From Octopus sinensis (Eukaryota), in assembly GCF_006345805.1 (NCBI RefSeq), contig NC_042997.1, positions 7,006,001 through 7,070,000 on the forward strand: a stretch of 64,000 nt of DNA, in the 5' to 3' direction. Position 1 is the stretch's first letter, and each line of letters opens with the position of its first letter. A model generated the notes under the pieces. It did not search any database and was not told the origin of the DNA. It saw nothing but the letters and a program-made list of their open reading frames with translations. The translations under genes and the position numbers were made by a program. Below, piece by piece: positions 26,577 through 41,820 of the stretch.

Positions 26577-29245
26577 AACTTAGATAAAAGTTAGATATGT
26601 TTCGATTGGTCCATGTCTAACTTAACAGCACCACCTGATAGGATTATCTAAATCCTGTTTAAGTCAAGTTTTGTTTATGGTCCATTCAAGTAGTGAGTTT
26701 TTGTTGGGTGATTTCTATCCAATTATGGGTGGCTTATCTGGTATTACCTGAAGGAATCTATCCAGACTCCGTTCAAAGTTGACGGGATCCTTTTCCTCTT
26801 TGATCTCTTTCGGGACAATGTTAAATAGGGAACGTCCTGTTGAGGAAAAGAAATTATGTTGCAGTGTACATGTATGCTGTGATCTTGAATTGGACAGGGG
26901 ACGTATGGCCCGTTGTCCCAGTCTTGGATTAACCTTGAAGCTAATGTTCAGGTCGTCTGGGCAAAGTTGGCGGTATATTCTCCACATCGTACAAATGATG
27001 TACCGCTCACGGCGGTCCCAATAATCGAGAGCAGCCATGCCTTCAATTCGTTTAGTGAGTGCACTCTGGGGTGATTCAGTCCTCGAGATGTTTTGTCTTG
27101 TATGGGGAGACCACAGTGGGCAGCAGTATTCGAGGTGTGGCCGTACAAAGGAGGAGAAAAGTGGTATGATGACACCTTGTTCTCTGGACCGAAGTTCTAA
27201 AGATCCAGGAACTCATCCTACAAGCTATATCGACCTTATTGTTGATGTGTGCACTCCAACTGAGATCGTCATCAACAATTACACCCAGATCTCTGATATT
27301 GTTAGAGGCTGTGCGCGGTTCCCCTGAAGGAAGAGAGTATGGCTGTTTTAGTGATGAATTTCTTTCAAAATGCATCAGCTCAAATTTTCCCTCGTTCAGT
27401 TGCATTTTGTTTCAGTCTGCTCATTGACTCACATCATATGGATCAGACTGGAGTTGAGTTCGGTCTGCTTCTTCATTTATGATTTGCTGGAGCTTAGCGT
27501 CATCAGCAAATATTTTCACTTTGCAGTAATGTACGACACTGGAAATGTCGTTTACGTAAATTATAAAGAGTTGCGGACCCAAGACAGTCCCCTGGGGGAC
27601 ACCGGTGGTGACTTTTGCTGGACTTCAGTGGACTCCATCAACTACAACATGTTGTGTTCTATTAGTCAGGAAATACTTAATCCAGTGTAGAACTTTCCCA
27701 CGGATTCCAACATTTGCCAATTTTGAGAGTAGGATATTATGGTCAACCCTGTCGAACGCTTTACTGAAGTCAAGATATACGACATCATAGTTCGAATCTG
27801 TTCCCAAGGCTTTGAGTATATCTTCAATGTGGTGTAAGTGCTATGTTAGACAGTCCCTGCCACAGCGAAAGCCATGCTGATTTGCATTAGGAGTGTGTGG
27901 GTATCCAGGAAATCAGCTATCCTTGATCTTAGCACTCTTTCAAACACTTTAATGATGTGAGAGGTGAGTGAGATTGGGCGTTAGTTCATTGCGAGGGATC
28001 TATTTCCTTGTTTGAAAACCGGGATGACAGACTGGGATAGAAGCTGTTTCGGTATATAACCTGAGTCTAACGAATATCTCCAGAGGTTGGTCAGAGGGAC
28101 TGCAAGTTGGTGTCTACATCCCTTCAGGAGACTAGCGGGGAATCTATCAGAGCCTACAGCAGAATAGTATTTGACCTCATTTATTGCTGCTATGATTTCA
28201 GAGGCAGTGAAGGTTATGTCTGAGATTTTATGTTGGGAATCAACTTCGTTCGCTTCTCTTACGTCAATATCAGTGGGAACACTAAAGACAGAGCAGTATT
28301 GTTTCTGCAGTATTTCTGCCATTTCTTTAGCATCGTGTTGGGGAATGACGTTATCATCAATCAATGGCCCAATGGGTGTGACAGTGGTTCTATGCATATT
28401 TGCATAAGAATAGAACACTTTTGGGTTCTGTTTGATGTTTTTGATTACCCACTGTTCCTCCACAGCTCTTTGATTTTCAATGGAGGTTTTCATGTCGGTC
28501 TGCAGATGAAGTTTTTCCAACTGTAGCCTTTTCATTGTTGTTGAATGTGGATGTTGTATGTGGGAATATTTTAATTGGTTAATTTTTTTATTGAGTCTTT
28601 TGATGCGCCTGATGAGTGTTTTTTTTTTTCTTTTTAGGGAGCCGTTTTCTGTTTGTGGTAGTAGATTTCGTGTCGAGCGTGTTGAGAGCATGTATAGGTG
28701 ACAATGTTCTCAAAGTGCTGCCATGCGATCTCAATTTGAGTGGAATTGAGAGTAAAAGACCAGTCGATGAAAGACAAATCCTTTCTGATTGCTCCCCAGT
28801 CCGCTTTGTGGAAGTTTATGTTGTCAAATGAGAGCCATGGAGTGGTATTGGCTGGTTTGGTTTTTATATGTCGGAAATTAAAATTGCAGAGTACTATGTC
28901 GTGGTCTGAGAGGAGAGTTTTTTCAAATGAAATACTGTGAACGAAGCTAGAGTGGTTGGTTAATATTAGATCCAAGATCGTCTTATTCTGTCTTGTTGTT
29001 TCGATCACTAGCTGAGTCAGGAAGCATTTATCCATAAGATTAAAGAGATATTCTGCTGCTGCATTATCTGATGTAGAGCATTTGCCTAAATTCAGAGTAT
29101 TTGTTGGCCAGTTTATATGAGGGAGGTTAAAATCACCCATCACTAGTATGTTTCCGGAGTTGTATTTTTGAAGGAAGGACTTGATTTTGTTAAGGCACTC
29201 TTCAAAGTACTTTAGAGATGCTTGAGGAGGCCTGTAAAGACCAAC
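26576..29245 (-). mobile_element. 5'-truncated, frameshifted CR1-group LINE ORF2 (APE endonuclease and RT) with 3' UTR
   Basis: APE motifs (GLYRPP, MGDFNLPHINW, ILDLILTN), RT motifs (YLDFSKAFDRVDHNILL, ADDAK, MQLNEGKFELMHF) and C-terminal RRERYI; both ends abut (TA)n. Confidence 0.92.
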
Positions 29246-29258
29246 AATGATTATGTAT

Positions 29259-29330
<72 letters not shown>

Positions 29331-29340
29331 TATATATATA

Positions 29341-29380
<40 letters not shown>

Positions 29381-31621
29381 CACCGCCCTCTTCATCATGT
29401 ACACTGCCCCTTCAGTAAAATATATGCGTGCGTTTCCGCACGGTGTGTGTGTGTGGCCAGGTTTTACTCCAACTTCATCTGTTGGCATTTATAAAAACTA
29501 ATATCGTTTCTCGTCAAATTTTACATCAGGTGTGTATTCTCGAGTACTTCTGTTCTACAAACTTTGGTATATGAAATGTTGCTAGCGTTGTTATTTTAAT
29601 TATTACTTAGACATAATATATTTCGCTAATCAATAAGCTTATATACCTTGTTTCATTTAATTCATTGCTGTTATATCTAACCACTTTAATATTTAAGGCA
29701 ATGAACCGGTAGAATCTTAAAGGTAAATTTGCTAGATAAAATTGTTCTTTCATTGTGTATTCTGAGTCCATATTCTGCCGCGGTCACATTTCCTTTTCAT
29801 CCCTGGAAAGTGCAATAGAAATTCGCCACTTAAGTAATTAGAAAGATTTTGCAGAATAATTATCTCAGAATTCCGGTCTAAAAGCTGGAACCGTAATTAT
29901 AATTTGTGATTATTATCTTTGTATTCACTAATCTAAATTATTGTACATATTCTAATTAGATTAAGTTTTCCATTCCAAACTTCTTCAGCGAACATTCCAG
30001 ATAAAATCTCTTTGAGATTTTAATGAGCGTATCGTATCATGTTCCTTTAACAGGTAAATATATGATGGTGGAACCTAAGCAACCCTGGATTACCTTATTT
30101 CTTTCATAACGAAGAGCCACTCTATTAAATATCATGCATTTTACACTTACTCATATCGCATCATTGTGCTATATTTTGTTCGTGTACAATCGTTTTGCCT
30201 TAGGCATGAAATAGCTGAATATGTAAGAAGATCGCTCCAGCATAATGTCCTCTGCTCTATCATATTTTTTTTCACGATGTATTTACATATTTTATATTTT
30301 CGGATCTACGCATATGTTATGAGTGAAACCGGATTGACACAAACTTTCTAGAAATCCACAGAATTGTCTCTACTGGGTATCTAAGTGGCACGGCCTTGTC
30401 TTTACATGTGTCACGCAGTCTTACTTCAATTTTTGCAATACTCAGTCACTCACACGTTTATTCATGTACAGGTAATTCAGTTGTCCGGAAAATTGATTTC
30501 TCTTCCTCGAAAACAGGTCCAACAACATCAGGTTACAAACATTACCTACATTCAAACAGATCTACTATCGTGCATCATTTATCGCATATTACATGGAGAA
30601 CTTTTAGTATTTGCTGCATTTGGTCGTCTCAATTTAAAATAAAAATTAAAGCTAATGATGTAGTTTACAAGAAACATGATATGCTTGAATGCTTCTTAAT
30701 AATTATGGCTTTAATATAACTATTAATGCTACAATCATCCTAAAATCTCGGAATATTTTCAGTACAATTTATTGTTAATATACTGACTTACCCTAGAATG
30801 TTCCGCACACAAAAACATTCAGTTATGTGAATGATGGTCATAACCTTCAGATTTTGCATTCATATGTTATATTAGCTTCGTTTAACGAGTTTAACAAGGA
30901 AATGCACGCGTGTGGTGTGAAATGAGAATGAAATAACTCGTGGCGATATATTCATATTAATCTGGTAATTTGATGAAATTAATTCTGGAAATGCATGCAT
31001 CAATTACTTTGACGTTTGAACGGAATATTTTCTGCAGGGTGTCAGAATATTTACTTAATTATCGGGGTATTAAGTTCCAACTACAAACGAAAACATACGA
31101 TATGAATTCAATTATCACCAGAAATAAGCGACATTTAAATATACTTTTCTCATCTCTTAAATGATCGTAATTCAAAATTGCTTCAAGACCTTCACCTGTT
31201 GAAGGCTACTAGAATTTCCAAACGATAATTTCATGAAATGCCCATACATTTGCATACGAACACTCGAACATGCGCATGACACACACACACAAATATTCAC
31301 TCTGTCCCATCCCATTCACACACACACACACACACATGCTTGTATATTTATACACGAGGATATCGAACATTGAGGATGTGAACCCATCACCGCATTTGGT
31401 TTATAAGTATTCAACAAAATTTTCATGTGGATTAATTCCCCACAAAACTTTAACCGACGCACATGAGAACAATGGTTTCTTCTCCATCTACAATGGGAAT
31501 AAGTGAGGTTATGTGCGAACTGCAGGGAGTGAGCTTATGTCTACGCAAACATTTGATCCCTATAAACAACTTACCTGTTTTTGTTCGATAAAAAATTGTG
31601 GAACACTCACACGTCGTTTAA

Positions 31622-31670
31622 TGGCGTGGAGTGGCTGTGTGGTAAATAGCTTGTTTAACAACCACATGGT
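31622..31670 (+). mobile_element. tRNA-derived SINE head fragment
   Basis: GGAGTGGCTGTGTGGTAAATAGCTTG..CAACCACATGGT matches the SINE heads at 63832 (+) and 43621-43648/45607-45648 (-). Confidence 0.65.
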
Positions 31671-31939
31671 GGCATCAGAAGTCAGAATGATGTGTGAGAG
31701 GTAGTTGTGATGGCGATGGTGGTCATACTGGTGATGATGATGTTTGAAAACAATCAAAAGAAAGAGGTTAGACAGATACAAACATTGCACTGACCCCCGA
31801 ATGGGATGGGAAGACAAAACAATGCAGCCCCCTAGAGTTGGTGTCTCGATAAAAATACTGGTGGGTGTGATAACCTCACCAACACAACCCATTTTATGAG
31901 TGTAATACTAAATATAAACCATGACAACTGCGTTCTTGG

Positions 31940-32095
31940 AGGAGGAGGAAGAAGAAGAGGTGGAGGAGGAAGAAGAAGAAGAAGGGGAGGAAGAAGAAGA
32001 AGGAGAAAAAGAAGAAGAAGAAGAAGAAGAAGAAGAAGAAGAAGAAGAAGAAGAAGAAGAAGAAGAGAAGAAGAAGAAGAAGAAGAAGAAGAAAA
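31940..32095. repeat. (GAG/GAA)n trinucleotide microsatellite
   Basis: Directly visible; explains the poly-E/R/K/F/S ORFs. Confidence 0.97.
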
Positions 32096-32369
32096 TATTT
32101 ACCATTATTTGGGAATTTATTAACTCGTCTCGTAGCAGTTACTTCTAATGGAACAAAATCAAATAAATACCAGAGGCAAAAAGGGATGCAGAAAGAAGTT
32201 AAGGAGAACTGCTGATCCATTTTATATTGTTAGAATGATATTAAGAGAGCTACGGATAAGAAAAGAGAACCGTTGCTGTGGAGAAATATAACACTCGTTT
32301 AGAAAAAAGTAATTAAATCATGCGAATTTGAACTAAAATGCAAAAATGGTCATTAGGAAAAGTGACAAC

Positions 32370-33470
32370 ATACAAGGAAATATTCCAGTGAGATTTGCTT
32401 TCTCCATTATTTTTGATTATTCCATTAATGCCTCTGAAAAATACGGAAAATATCGGGGTTACCTATGACCTTGCTAAGACCAGGGTGAAAATTAATCACC
32501 TTTTATGTATGAATGATTTCAAGCTATGCGGAAAATGAAAATGAACTGGATTCACTTATTCTCATAGAAAGAAAATTTAGCAAGGATATTGATGTAGAAG
32601 TTGAGTTAAATAAGTTGAATTTTTCTGGAGATAGGCCTAAAGATTATGCATGATGGTATAAAAGTATTATAAGATTATAACATTTGATCGCTGAGAAACA
32701 ATGAGGTTTAGAAGTATCTAGGCTTACACAGAAGAATTGAATAACTGAAGGAAAAATATGAGAGAATGCTTCTAAACAGACGGAATAATTTTAGAAAATA
32801 TAACTAAAATAGAAGGAATTACAAGCAACAATTCAATAATATGGGGGGGGGGGTAAAGAATGTGGCTTGTAGCAAATAGAGGGAAATGTGAACCGTTTAT
32901 GTGAATCGTGAATTGCAGCTGCTCAAATACAAGCAGTCATTATAAATTTGATAAGTGCAAATTTTGATAAATTTCAGTCAGAATGAAATACTAAATCTGT
33001 GATATAAAAGACGCAAGAATTAAATGTTACTGAAGTAACTACAATAACACAAAAATAATATTGGCGCTAGCACGAATAAATTGGTAAAAAAAGAATGCAC
33101 TGCGATGCTAGAAGAATAAGTGAATGCGAAGGGACAGGAAAATGGTAAAAACACGACCCAGATGCTGTGACAGTAAAACTTGAAATTATTTAGAGATATC
33201 AGAACAGAGTCAGAGTGATAGGTATTTCGTAGAAGACAATAAAGGGCGATAGAACAGGAACAGATTGTTCGCCTGCAGAAATGCACTACAACATATACTG
33301 CAAGAATTTCAGGAAATGCTCCCTGATATTTGTGGAAAGTACTTCTCACAAACATCAAGGTGACATCCCTGTTAGCTATTAAGTATTGTAATATTGAGTA
33401 ATGTAATATTAGAGAAAGTTCCTTTGTAATCCAGTCCCTCTCAGCAAATGTTGTTTCATCGACTAAATCT
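32370..33470 (+). mobile_element. Heavily decayed R4/Dong-type (RLE) LINE remnant
   Basis: Broken RT motifs (IFQ*DLLSPL for GIFQGDSLSPL; INHLLCMNDFKL for INHLLFMDDLKL) plus C-terminal-like fragments; homologous in type to 59368-61180. Confidence 0.55.
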
Positions 33471-34811
33471 TAAATATATTATGAGTGTTGGATATATTGA
33501 ATTATTTATATTTCCTTTACAATATAGATGTAATAATAACAAATATCATAAATTAAGCTTGTATTGCATGTCGCTTAAAGCCGATGTACTTTATTCTGTA
33601 CGAAATATATACATAATTCATTGAAATTAAAACTTAGAAGAAAATGAAAAAAGAAAGTAATAAATATCTAGTAAGATGTATTCAAAAACTGCATAGCAGA
33701 CACATACATAGCAAAATCACGGGGACTTTCAAATATATATAGCATACAGAAAATAGCACGACTAGGCAGTGCAATGTGCTGTAATGATGGAACATGTAAA
33801 AATTATCAATCGCAAAACCGCTTCTATGAGCAGAAATTAAGTACTACCTGTAAAGGGAATACTAGATAAAGTAATATACGGTATTCAGAAGGAATAAGGA
33901 TGGGCATGTATACGTGGGCAATAATAATACACAGAACTTCAATTAATTTTCCGAATCAATCTATGCTTTTTTTAAGAAATGCCGATGGTCATAATATAAC
34001 GAAAACTGTAATTAATGTGCAACTGTATAATACGAACAAGATACAAGGGAAACTATACGCGTTGTAATTCATACAAAGAAATTATACGAAGTTTATTTAC
34101 AAAATTGGAAGTTCACGTACACTATATTAAATACACATACTCTGTATGATAAATATCCTAGAAACTCATCCGCTCCCTTTATATAAATAGAAAGCTGCAA
34201 ACACCAGTTTGATGTACGCAAAAGCTATTAATAAATAGTATCAATGTGATATCAGAATGAAATCTGCAAAAATTAAGTGTCGGTCGCTTCGATGAACAGA
34301 ATTTAGGTACTACCTCTAAAACAAAAGTACTATATAAAGTGAATTACAGTATGAAGTAAAAATACGCAGGGGTATATATAAATGCGCAATAGTAACACAA
34401 GCTGCAAGATACAATTGACGCAGTAAAATTATCTGAAGTTTGATCAATAAATATTTTATATATTTCATACACATATACACACATATACACACTTATCTAC
34501 ATATCTACCTACCTACCTACCTAACTTTATATCTATCTATCTAACTATCTATCTACCTATCTATCTATTTACCTATCAATCTATATATGCATCTATCTAT
34601 CTATAAATGCATATATATATTTAGATACATACATACATACCTAGCTACATACATGTGTGTGTGTGTGTAAGTAATTATTTAGGTATATGGTTAGCAGTAT
34701 ACCGATTAAGGTACATTAACCGTTTGGTTACGTAATGTTATCCGCAGTTACGATGTAAATATCACTGGATTTACGTCAGAAAGTCCGCAGTTTTTGTTGA
34801 ATTTATGATGA

Positions 34812-35195
34812 ACTAGCAGTATCGCCCGGCGTTGCTCAGGTTTGTAAGGGAAATAACTATAAAGCATTTTTAGAGAGTGATAGCCAAAAAATAGCAAAAA
34901 AAATGGAAAAAAAATTATGGTAAATTTTTTTTGAGATTAAAAAAGGTGGAGTTGCGTCCCCTAGACAGTTTGTGGTTCGTGTTTCTGATTCTCGACCCCA
35001 TGTCGAATTTATTGATTTTTTCAGAACTGGGGGAACTTTTCAAATTTTCGCTGCGTTAGTTTTGAATTATGACGTTGGGCTATGTGTGTGTCAAGTTTCA
35101 TCAGAATCGGTTGAAAGCCGTGGTCAGGTGAGGGTACAAGCAAACAGACACACAGAAACACGCACAGACAAACTGCCGTTTATATAGAGAGAGAT
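34812..35195 (+). mobile_element. Non-autonomous Helitron-like (Lep1/HINE-type) element
   Basis: 5' ACTAGCAGTATCGCCCGGCGTTGCTC; 3' AAGTTTCATCAGAATCGGTTGAAAGCCGTGG...(ACAG)-like microsatellite...TATATAGAGAGAGAT; no TSD. Architecture is typical of Lep1-like rolling-circle derivatives (recognition only). Confidence 0.55.
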
Positions 35196-35596
35196 AAGGG
35201 AAGCAGAAAATGTTTGTATATATGTATGTATATACTGTTCATCAGCTGAATTAAATGCATATTCAATACAGGACAAACGAAAACATATAACAACTTTTCC
35301 AACAAGACGTCGTACAAATCAGTATTTAAATATACTGAGCAATGTGAAAACCATGCTATCTTATCTTTGATAAAATAAAACACAACCTTGTTAAACCACT
35401 AGTATGACACGAACAACGAATAAAATTCATACATTATCTTCAAATATGAAAGTGGCATGTGTATACATATCTGAAAAAGTGTAGGATTTATATATTTAAT
35501 CTGCATGTGTGTGCATGTATGAATGTATACCACTATAGGTGTTGAGCTCATAACTGTGTGTGTATATAAGTTTGTATATATATACGTACGTATGTT

Positions 35597-35634
<38 letters not shown>

Positions 35635-35689
35635 TTTTCAGCAAAGTTGGGGCCATGCTGGTGCTCTAGATTTAAGTGTGTTTGGAGCT

Positions 35690-36570
35690 ATTCACTGCAT
35701 TGTTTTGTTGAACAATCGAGTTAGCTGGCGCTGAACAACTTTGTGTCTCATGTCATGACATGGATTCATCCGGTTTGGATAAGGATTTATCCAAACACTC
35801 TGCAAAAACATCCACATCTGCACATTGAAAATTCCTGAATTGTTTTGGCAAAATGTTGAATATTCGTGGGCCCCTGTATCCCAGGGTCTAGAAAGAATAA
35901 GTACTGATGTCATTTTCTATAAAGAGAAGATGAGACCTTTGAACGACGTAGTGCTGCCCAGTTCAGTGGATCACATATATTTCCGTTGCAAAATTGGGAG
36001 CTAGACCATCTGGTATCTTCCATATGTATATTGGTACATAACTTTCACGTCTTTTCTCTTGGGAGAAGAACCTCTGTCCTGTTTAATCTCTCTATGTAGT
36101 TCAGGAGGTGCACCAACTTAGTGACGCTAGATCACTACGAGTTTCTCTGTTATATTTATGCAGTGACCATAGTTGGTAGTAGTATTCCAGAACGATATCG
36201 ATATCGTTTTTCATAGATCTCAATGACCTCAGAATTCAGCAGGTCTTTTGCTTACACATTATTACCATTTTGGTAATATGCACAGGTTATAGTGCATTAT
36301 TACTTATGTGTTTCCCCAGGTCACGCAGCAAATCTGTCTCTTGGATGACCTCCTTATCCTCTGTATACTCTGCGTGATTTAGCTTCATTGCTATGGCAAT
36401 GGTGCGTTGTTGATACTTGTTGATCAGACCACATGTATACAGATTCTTGGTGGTTCTCTTTACTGCAGATGCGTACTTGAGATTCGATGTGCAAAAGCAG
36501 CAGTTCATTCCCGTCTCTCCATGATAGCAGTCTTAAAAATTGCAGTTAGTTCGTGCTTAAATCAACAAAT
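35690..36570 (-). mobile_element. Old CR1-group LINE 3' remnant
   Basis: Broken minus-strand frames such as DLLRDLGKHISNN and LEYYYQLWSLHK correspond to the CR1 RDLG and LEYCSQLWSPH motifs. Confidence 0.55.
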
Positions 36571-37042
36571 ACGATCTTTGTCTCATTCTGAATATATATA
36601 ACCTTATGAATAGAGAGATAATTGAAAAACAGAACTGAAAACAGTATCTCTTCTTTCATACCAATTGAGAAGCACGAAATTCACATCTGATATATTTCAA
36701 AGTATTCTGAGAAACCCAGTAATTAAACGATCACCATATAAACTACCATTCACAGTTATAAAGACCACACGTTACTTTAAGATATTTTGAAATTTAGCTA
36801 CGTATATAAGTGGACAGAGGGGCATAATACATTGTAAATTTGTATTTCGTGAATACTTTGAAATTTGTAACTTTAAACATTGTACCTTTATTATCAAGTT
36901 AGACATCTGATATTTCAATTTTCCCAAGCATATCAACATTTTAAAGCTATAAAGCCACAAATATTTTTTCAAGTCTTTCCAGATTGTTTCGGATAATATT
37001 CGACTCAGACATGTACCCCGTGATCCAGATTACATTTCTAGC

Positions 37043-37850
37043 ATGCCTAAAGCTACAAAGTTTACCGAAATAGAACAAGGGAAAGTTCGTGCACTGAATG
37101 TGGAAGAAATGAGTAACCGGAAGATTGTCGAGAAACTTTGGCGTACTAGAACGCTAGTGGACAATTTCCAGAAAGATTCCGACGACTACGACGGGTTTCA
37201 TGCTGGTAGACGTCCCAAGGCTACACCACAAAGGGATGAAAAAGCCATTGTTAGAGGAATAGGAGCCTGGACATCTGTCGTAAGAAGAGTGATTTTCAAC
37301 CATGCTTTCGACCTGAAGAATCGGCTAGGGCGTCCGCTGTTGTCCGCTTCCCACAAGGCTATTAGATTGGAGTTTACACGGCAGCATCAGACGTTGGATG
37401 GTGAATGGGCCAGAGTTCTTCTCAGTGATGAGAAAAATATTAATTTGGATGGCCTCGACGGTTATAAATATTACTGGCAGATAAATGTATACAAAAGTCT
37501 ACTGATTCAAAGTGGCTGGGCAGCGGAGGATGTTTTATGGTGTAGGGTGCAATATCTGCCAGTGGGAAACTGCCATTTGTCATCATGAATGGCCATTTCA
37601 ATGGTGCACGATACATCAATATATTGGATAGTGCTCACATTAAAGAAGAAGGAAGAAGGCTTGATGGCAAGAACTTCATATTTTAACAGGACAATGTTCC
37701 TATTCATAAAGCAAATGCAACTGTTACCTCCATGCAATTGGAGTTGAAGTCATAACAGGACCAGCAAGAGGTCCTGACCTTAATCCTATAAAGAATGCCT
37801 TGGGTAACCTCACTAAGTATGTTTACAGTAAAGTCAAGCAAGTATTTCGT
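37043..37850 (+). pseudogene. Tc3/Tc1-like (DD34E) transposase pseudogene
   Basis: ORF 37043-37588 has an N-terminal HTH region and LSDEKNINLDGLDGYKYYW (cf. FSDEKKFNLDGPDG..YYW). Downstream frameshifted motifs include GGCFMV*GAI, QDNVPIH and PDLNPIKN. TIRs were not identified. Confidence 0.85.
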
Positions 37851-39465
37851 TGATATTTCTTGTTCCTGGATGGCAAATGCATGCCCTTCAAATGTGGAGC
37901 TGGTATTCCTGTTGTCGGTCCATGAAAGTCTGCTTTGATGATGAATATTGCTATGGTTTCACTTTGCTACTGACTTATCCATGCCCGGTCTGCTCGTATA
38001 GTCTCAGCCTTTCATACGTTGCTGTAGAATCGAGCGACTTCTATGGGAATGTATCTCATGTTATCAGACAAGGAATGCTGCTAAAGGAGCCGCCTTCCAA
38101 ATCTTTGTTATTAGTCTCATATATGCAAACCTGTGGGTCCCTGCTTTATTGAATATATATTTATGTATCTTTGTATGTATGTATAAACTACATACAAAGT
38201 ATCTAGGATTTATATGATATACATCCTGAGCTGTCCGTCTGGAAAAAACGATTTCAATCGCAATCTGGATGATACACAATAATTACAAATCCCGCTAAAA
38301 CTTCCAAAAGTACACGTTTTATATATAATATTGTACTTTTTATATATAACATTGTATTGTAAACTGATCTCTCTAAAACAAAAGAAACAGGGAACTTGCT
38401 GCCTTAATTTACAATAATAGCTTTCAAATTCAACTTAACATTATTCTCCTTCATTTAAAGTTAGATTATTCTGCGAATGTACAGTAGTATACAAGAAATA
38501 CCAAGATCAAAGGCTCAAAAATATCCTAGGAAATTACGATTTACTCTCCAATATCAACGAGAAACTAGAACAAATATATCAAATAACCGAATGAAATGAT
38601 GTGTTATATACTGTATTGGTAAGACAATGTTCTTGTATTAGAAGAGCGTTGGAAGAAATGTAGCTGTGATAATTACACTTTTTAATGAGTAGACGTCATC
38701 TTATCCTTGAGGTATTTCTCGATTATCAAAAAAATATTTCGTGCAACGATACAGTTAAACTACCTCAAGGTTAAAAACTGATATACTTCTAAGTGAACAT
38801 ACAAATAGAGAGCAAGGATATTGTACTGCATACATAGAAAAGTATTTGAGGCAAAAAGAAAACTCACAAAAACAACATGATTCCTATGCATTAATGAAGC
38901 TAGAATTGTCTGGCTACATAACCAAACTTTTATATACATGATGTACTAAAGATTTACAATAGAGTGTAAATTGAAATAATATACAATTGATAAGAAATGG
39001 AACAATGGACCAAATGTAAATTCAGAGCTTACAAAACAAACAAAAACAGGAAACATAGGAATTATATAAAGATACTCGAATTTATGCATGTGAATTATTT
39101 CACGGAAAATATTACATGAGATTTACAAATATACATAATAATAACTTTGGAAATAGGAATAAAGATAATTGTGTAACTTTCCATGAAAAAACAATGTTTA
39201 AAAATACATTAAGTTGCAATTTTTTAATAAAATTCAACAAATTATGTTCCCTTGTATTTCCGTGTGCATGCTCCAGCCAATATAAAATAAAGATGGAGAA
39301 ATAACTACGTAAACATAAAATGATTATATTTTCTATACAATTAAGTGAATCTTTTGTTTAAGTTCTGCGCACTATATGTAGCAATTTCAGGAAATAAATT
39401 AATATTTGCGTGTGCTGAGTGCCTATGTGTATTTCGTAAGGAATATTTACTATCAACCTATTAAA

Positions 39466-39720
<255 letters not shown>

Positions 39721-39867
39721 TGTATACTTACGCATGTACGTAAAGGAGTTATACTTCTGCTGTATATGTGAGTGTTCATAAAGGTATACACATATACTTA
39801 TATATGTATAATAATATATGCATATGTATGAGCTTGATTACGTGTGTATTATGCATGAATGTATATA

Positions 39868-39906
<39 letters not shown>

Positions 39907-40929
39907 ATATATATATATATATAATATATATATATATATATACACACACATATATATACATGCATTCCTGAAGCCTAGAATAACAATAATTATTATAAAA
40001 AATATAAAATTCACAAAATATATCTATTAATTGAATGTGCACATATCATCATTATAAGATATATTATTTAATATCTATTTTTCTTCTTTTCATATAAACA
40101 AAGACAGATATATTTTGTTAAAAATTACACCTATTGAATTGCTGCAATTTGGCAATGTATGATATGAATTTATCTTAAATTCACATGTACAACATCTGAC
40201 ATTTGTATACCTGGAAACACTGTTATAATTTGCGCGTTTTTAAGCTCATCGCAATTAATTTTCAAAGTGGAAAGCCTAAATGCTTTATCCTTTGCCAAAT
40301 CTAATTCTGTTGCAAGCCATTTTACTATTGTGTGGTTTGGTAGTGATTATTTACACTACATTTCATAAAGAAGGCATTGCACTCAATATTGTAATCCCTC
40401 TAAATATCAGCTTATTACAATGAGTACAAAATCACACTCAAGCATATTGGACATACAAGATATAATTGTACGTGCTCGTACACACTATGTATAAGTGTGG
40501 GTATGTATGAATGAATGTATGTATGTATGTATGTATGTATGTATGTATCCTCATGCATGCTTTCGTACCCAATTTTATTTCACTTCCACCTTTTAGTGTT
40601 TGCGCTGTTGAATATATTATCGTTATGTTAAGTTTATTATTATCTTTATTATAGAAGTAATTATTTCCAAGTAAACTGTATGCATTTATTTTTTTTTTCT
40701 TTTTGCACTTATATTACCAAATTTACATTTGCGTTTTTGGTATTATAAGAAAACAGTCTTGAGAAATAATAGAAAATAATCATATAAAATTGAGACGAAT
40801 TTTTATGCATTTTTTGTTTTGTTAATACTAATTGTTGCTAGCCACCTTTGAGTCTCTTATGTAAACGCAAAAAAATGAATAAATGATATACTGCCCTCTT
40901 GATATGTATTGGTGTTTCGTATACTATAC

Positions 40930-41670
40930 GTGACACTTTGGAACCCGGGAACCCTTTTGTATTCACATTTCAATGGTGCCTAACTTTCAGAGTATTTTCC
41001 CATTATGTAACGGCTTCGCTATTTATAAAAGTACCCGAACAAACGGCGTATCTCAGGAACCGCAAAACGTTTCTCGGGAACCCGCGGACGTATTAGCGCA
41101 AAACTTGTTTCATTCCGTTTGTATTCACATTATAACGGTACCTTACTTTTGAAGTATTTTCTGATTAAGCACCGCTCTAGCTGTTTAAATTACAGACACG
41201 CACGCTCGCAAGTAAGCACGCTAACAAAAATATACACATGTTCCCAGAAAAGAGCAATAACTCTAGGTTTCACAGCTTAAGCTGCTGGAAACAAACCCTC
41301 AAGAAATCTCAAACAATCATGAGTGTCTAGGATTTGTTATCAGCAGGTAGTGCATGAAAACATTCGGCATTCCCCATACGAAATGAGAAAGGGCCTATTC
41401 TTATCCAAAGCCTTCAAGGACAAGACGAAAGACCGAGCTAAGCAGATTTTGAACTAATCCACGCATCCTCTCCGACCGAACATACTTGGTTGTTCTCTGA
41501 CGCAAAGATTTTCTGCAAGGATCAGATGCTGAACACACAGAACGAATGTTGGCTTGCCGTGTCTCTAAAACATACCGAGAGTGATAGAAATCAAACAAGC
41601 AGACAGCATCATGGTGTTTGGGGTGATCACTAGTGATGGCAAAGTTATGTCTCTATTCATCTCCATGCAT
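40930..41670 (+). mobile_element. maT (DD37D)-type Tc1/mariner fragment, truncated at a (TA)n tract
   Basis: Frameshifted WLFSDAKIFCKDQMLNTQNECWLA and [15 protein letters not shown] motifs; upstream diverged direct repeat TTTGTATTCACATT...GTATTTTC at about 40957 and 41118. Confidence 0.7.
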
Positions 41671-41718
41671 TCATACACACATTTATAAATACATATGTAT
41701 ATGTGTTTGTATATGTAT

Positions 41719-41820
<102 letters not shown>

